A stretch of 20,000 nt of DNA from the NCBI GenBank assembly GCA_052055015.1, contig JBQJIT010000017.1; one strand, written 5' to 3'. Within the stretch, counting starts at the first letter, position 1. Each line of letters begins with the position of its first letter. Below the pieces are notes generated by a model. The model worked only from the letters and a program-made list of their open reading frames with translations. It was not told the origin of the DNA and did no database searches. Shown here in pieces: positions 16,137 through 20,000 of this stretch. Made by a program: the position numbers and the translations under genes. Source of the DNA: Malassezia furfur (lineage: Eukaryota).

Positions 16137-17934
16137 TTACGCGTCTACGTGGAAATAGATCACCTCGGCGAGCAGCACACCGAGACCCGCGGCCGCTGAA
16201 GGCACCAGCGTCACGATACACCACACGAAAAGGACACCGGGGCGCACAATGATGCTGTGGTGTGCGAGCGAGTCGCGCCAAAGCAGGCCGGCCAGGCTAG
16301 CGGCAAACGTGCCACCGAGCGCGCCGAGGTTCGATCCGAACGCCACGGCGTACATCCCCGCCTTGGTCAGCAGGGCCCGTTGAGCAGGTGCAAAGGCATC
16401 GAGGAAGGCAGCGTCCTGCATCACGCGCGTCAGCAAGATCGTAGCGCCGATGTTGGTGCCGCCGAACTGGGACAGTTAATCGACGTACGTTACATAGTAC
16501 CATGCTCAGAAAGGCAAGAAAGAAGGTGGTTGCTGCGACGCCATGCGCACACACCTTGACGACGCCTGCGGCCATGATCGTGACGAAACCGGCATGCGCA
16601 AGGCCCTGGACCAAGATAAACATCCCGAAGGCAAACGGCACGAGCGCCAGTGGAAAGCGGCGCAGCGTAGCGGTAGTCGACGGGAAGATGCGCAAGAGGC
16701 GGCGCACAATGCCCTGTTTGGGCACAGCCGGCACTGTGCTCCGGCGGTAGGCGTGCAGGTCCGCCGCGACGTCGCGCGCAAAGCAGAGCACCGCGCCTGG
16801 GATACCAATCTGGTACACCTCGATGCCGCCGCCCACGCTTGTGCCAATCAGCGCCGCGAGTACGGCGATCAAAGCGATGGAGCTGAACACTGCACCGAAC
16901 GGGTCAGTGAGCAGCATACGCGGCTCGATCTCGGGTGAGTGAATGTGCTGGGGGATGAAGACGTAAGTGTGGGCTTCGTTGGTGGGCAGGCCGTTGAGAC
17001 GTGCCGCCAGCATGCTGGTCCGTGCGCCTACTCCTGAGCCGGTCCGCACACGCAGCGTGCGGAAGTAGAGCAAGAGCACAGCGAGCGCCGCGAGCGCCGC
17101 GGCAAACGAGGGGAGCACCATGTACGCGGTGTAGGTGACAAATGACACGTCGAATCCCGTTGCAATGACCAGGTTGGTGACATTGGACGAAACGAGCACG
17201 GCCGAGGCGATGTTGGCCGCGACAAACTGCGCCCAGACCCACGCACTTGGCGGCGTAATGCCTGCGACGCGAGTCACGTATACGAGGAATGCGGTGCCGC
17301 TCAGGATCACGGCGTCGTTGCCGAGTACGACGCCCGCGAGCCACAAAAAGAGGTACAGCATAATGTACAGCATGCGCCCATTGAATGCAGCGCAGCGACA
17401 CACATGACATGCGAGGTAGCGCAGCAGGCCGCTCGTATCGAGCGACAGTGCAATGTAGCTGAGGCTGAGGAACAGCGCAATCACATCGTATGGGAGCACA
17501 CCGCCGTCCCCGGCGATGCCCGCGCGCACCTCGGCGCCACCGATGCACGTACCCATGAGCAGCACAAGCACGCCCAGCACCGGGGCCGTCGTGTGCGTGA
17601 GTGGCAGCCAGACGCGTGCAGGGGCACCGGGCGCGGAGGGTGAAGCGGACGCCCCGTCGGACGCGACTGTGGGCGTCGTGTCTGTCGATGGTTCAGCAAC
17701 CTCATCAAGCTCTACCGGAGGCTCGCCGAGCTGCGGCGCGCCGTGGCTCCGCTCGTCGGGGCCCGGCAAGTCGAGCCACGTGCGGAGACGGTCCTGGGCA
17801 CGGCGAAGGCAGGCCGAGACAAGGAGCGGCAGTGGGACATACACGGGCACAATACACAGGAATGACACAATGGCAAACACGACCACAAGCACGATGTCCC
17901 GCGCGTCGAGCGCGGCGCTCGGTGGCGTGGGCAT
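16137..17934 (-). CDS. ArsB/NhaD-superfamily (arsenical pump/citrate transporter-like) membrane protein; exons 17934-16489, 16466-16137 (591 aa)
   Basis: Many transmembrane helices; motifs PYDVIALFLSLSYIALSLDTSGLLRYLA, GNDAVILSGTAFL, ANIASAVLVSSNVTNLV, LCN|FGGTNIGATILL and GSNLGALGGTFAASLAGLLW. Confidence 0.85.
16467..16488 (-). other. Spliceosomal intron, 22 nt (ArsB-like gene)
   Basis: Minus strand reads GTACGTCGATTAACTGTCCCAG. Removal joins ORFs 16297..17934 and 16137..16436 in frame. Confidence 0.9.
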
Positions 17935-17986
17935 GGGGGCGCGAGAGGATCCGGGTGTGCCAAGCCCCTAGGGCCCAGGGGGTGCG

Positions 17987-17992
17987 CACGTG
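17987..17992. promoter_or_regulatory. CACGTG E-box upstream of the ArsB-like gene, just past the MEC1 stop
   Basis: GCACGTGC palindrome. Confidence 0.45.
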
Positions 17993-17998
17993 CCTCCA

Positions 17999-20000
17999 CT
18001 ACAGATAAGGCGCCCAGCCAATGTACATCTGGCTGAGGTTGTGAGTGCTGGTGGCATCGCAGATGAGCATGTGCACGAGGTTCTTGGTGGTGTGCCGCAC
18101 CTCGTCGGAGATGCCCGGGCGGTGCATTTTGCCGTCGAGCTTGTTCGAGACCGACTGAAGCGCCTTACGTGCGCCTGCCGAGGCGCCCGGGCGGTCGGCG
18201 CCCGCGGCGCCTGCCTTGTGCCGCGCGCGGCGCTCGGTGGCAACCCATTCGCCGTGCGGGTCGTGCACCATCGCCTGCAGCACGCTCATGAGCGACTCCT
18301 TGTTGTCGCGCAGGATGCCCATGGTGATCTCGGCGGTGCGGCGGAAGGCGCCTTCGACGCCCGTCACGCCCAGTGCGTCGACCATGTTGTGCGTCAGGCG
18401 GAACGGCACGCGCTCCGGGATCTCGAACGTGGTGCCCTTTTCAAACAGGCAGTTGAGGTCAACGTGCACCGTGTCGCCCGACAGTGCGTCGAACAAAATG
18501 TTGTCGCCGTGGCGGTCGCCGAGGCCCAGCACAAAGCCCACCATGGACATGACCGCGGCGGTGCGTGCGTACGCAGAGCGCGCGCGCAGCCACGCTCCAG
18601 GCTCAGGGAAGGTTTCGAGGAACCACGCGTGGAAGACGGGGGGGTATCGTGTGAGCACCTTTTGCTCAAAGAGCGCGGCGGCGTTTTTGGGGTGCGCGCG
18701 TGCCTCGTCGAGAAGCGTCTTGAGGTCGCTGGTGTACAGTGGCACGTCGAGTGCCGCGTAGTGCTTCGCGAGGATCTGGCGATAGGCCACGGTGTTGGGC
18801 ACCCACTCGATCAGGCCGCACTCCTCGTTGAGGATCAGCACGGCGTAGGTGCGGATGTACAGGCGGCGGCGACGCGACTCGGAGCTCGCCTGGAGGAGCT
18901 TGTTGATCATCGCGTCAAACTCCATCAGACGCGCGTCCTTGCGGAGGTCGTCGCGGGGCTTGCACAGGAATGGGTAGCGCATGCCGTTGCTGGCGTGCAC
19001 GACGATCTTACGCGGCTTTTGCAGCGAGTGCATAATCTCGATCGTCTCGTCAAAGCTGACGATGGTCGGGACGTCGCTCGGGAACGGGCGGTGCGTCTGG
19101 CTGACCGCGTCGTTGGGCGGCAGGGTGACGGTGATGGACGACTGCAGCGGCAGGATCAGTGGTGTGCCCTGCACCGCGGCGAGGAGCGCCGGGAAGTGCT
19201 TGGCGAGGGAGAGCGTCGTCTCCTTTCCGACGTGGTACTCGCACAGGTGGAGCAGCTCGGAGGAGAGCTGCTCGAACGCGTCAATGACGCGCGCCACGTC
19301 GGTGTACGTGCGCTCGGGCACGCCGCGGATGCGCGCGACGATGCACTCATAGCGCTGTTTGCGCTTGCGGTCCTTGGCGTGCGAGCCGGCGATCAGTGCC
19401 CAAAGGCTCTGCTGCGGGTAGGCCAGCACCACAGCGACGATGATGTCCAGCAGCACGGCCCACACCGCCTCGTTCTTGTGCACGATGCGCGCGACGAGCT
19501 GCGGAAAGACGGCGAACCACTGGTAGCGCGCGAGGTAGCGCACCGATTTGCGCATCATCTCGTTGATCTTGTCAAACTGCTGCTGCGCCTGCCGTGCGTC
19601 GTCGGTGGGCGCGCTGCCCGGCGCCGGCGCCTCGGCCTCGGCGAGTTCCGTGCCCGCGTCGAGCCAGATGGTGAGCATGCGGGGGAGGGTGCGGTAGAGG
19701 AACTTGGTGCCGTTCTGCGCCGACTTCATGTAGAAGCGGCACACGTTCAGCTGCAGCAGCATCTGGTTGCCGACCGTGCCGCCGCTCGGGGAGTCGTAGA
19801 AGCGGCCCAGATAGTACCACACCTTTTCCGAGTCTGGATCGAGTGCCGTGCACGTCTTGTAGTGCTGGATGATCTCGTTGTGCTGGAAGCGCGCCGTGTC
19901 CTCGACGAGGCGCGCATGCAGCAGGTGCGCGCGCGCGAGCGCGCGGATGGTGAGCATGCGGGGGAGGGTGCGGTAGAGGAACTTGGTGCCGTTCTGCGCC
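17999..20000 (-). CDS. MEC1: ATR/Mec1/Rad3 PIKK checkpoint kinase, 3' part (end of FAT, kinase domain, FATC)
   Basis: LPRMLTIWLD, SLQKPRK, FLCKPRDDLRKDARLMEF, LNEECGLIEWV, GLGDRHGDNILFD..HVDLNCLFEKG..PERVPFRLTHNM and FATC terminus NLSQMYIGWAPYL. Confidence 0.95.
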   Translation of the reverse strand, partial: AQNGTKFLYRTLPRMLTIRALARAHLLHARLVEDTARFQHNEIIQHYKTCTALDPDSEKVWYYLGRFYDSPSGGTVGNQMLLQLNVCRFYMKSAQNGTKFLYRTLPRMLTIWLDAGTELAEAEAPAPGSAPTDDARQAQQQFDKINEMMRKSVRYLARYQWFAVFPQLVARIVHKNEAVWAVLLDIIVAVVLAYPQQSLWALIAGSHAKDRKRKQRYECIVARIRGVPERTYTDVARVIDAFEQLSSELLHLCEYHVGKETTLSLAKHFPALLAAVQGTPLILPLQSSITVTLPPNDAVSQTHRPFPSDVPTIVSFDETIEIMHSLQKPRKIVVHASNGMRYPFLCKPRDDLRKDARLMEFDAMINKLLQASSESRRRRLYIRTYAVLILNEECGLIEWVPNTVAYRQILAKHYAALDVPLYTSDLKTLLDEARAHPKNAAALFEQKVLTRYPPVFHAWFLETFPEPGAWLRARSAYARTAAVMSMVGFVLGLGDRHGDNILFDALSGDTVHVDLNCLFEKGTTFEIPERVPFRLTHNMVDALGVTGVEGAFRRTAEITMGILRDNKESLMSVLQAMVHDPHGEWVATERRARHKAGAAGADRPGASAGARKALQSVSNKLDGKMHRPGISDEVRHTTKNLVHMLICDATSTHNLSQMYIGWAPYL
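19667..20000. repeat. Exact 55-bp direct repeat (19667-19721 = 19946-20000), spacing 279 bp, second copy cut by the window end
   Basis: Both copies read GATGGTGAGCATGCGGGGGAGGGTGCGGTAGAGGAACTTGGTGCCGTTCTGCGCC. Confidence 0.97.

Noticed and set aside
5161..16436. Apparent frameshifted pseudogenes (CAB5, MTQ2, HEM3 and ArsB-like split across ORFs)
   Set aside because: Every break is explained by a micro-intron with consensus splice signals.
17960..17995. Short palindromes and hairpin (CCCTAGGG; CCCCT..AGGGG) between MEC1 and the ArsB-like gene
   Set aside because: Stems are too short to be significant in GC-rich DNA.
1..20000. Mobile elements, RNA genes, CRISPR arrays
   Set aside because: None recognised; nearly all sequence is accounted for by protein-coding exons and micro-introns.

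Overview
Extremely compact, high-GC eukaryotic (fungal) DNA. The gene content, near-absent intergenic space and tiny introns point to a basidiomycete yeast of the Malassezia type (inference). The window holds 14 protein-coding genes: RPAP1/Rba50-like (3' part), TAF13, glutathione reductase, a DUF829/TMEM53-like hydrolase, WDR89-like, dephospho-CoA kinase, TAF12, MTQ2/N6AMT1, NOC4, an uncharacterised secreted protein, UTP18, porphobilinogen deaminase, an ArsB/NhaD-type transporter and MEC1/ATR (3' part). Most notable observations: (1) seven ultra-short 22-27 nt spliceosomal introns; (2) an exact in-frame direct repeat at 279-bp spacing in the ATR FAT region at the window end (tandem duplication or misassembly); (3) a secreted, C-terminally anchored protein with a degenerate M23/LytM-like domain; (4) convergent genes with abutting or overlapping stops (TAGCTA three times) and no TGA stops; (5) 46-68 bp promoter gaps, five of seven containing CACGTG; (6) a heme-regulatory-like CP motif in an N-terminal extension of Hem3.
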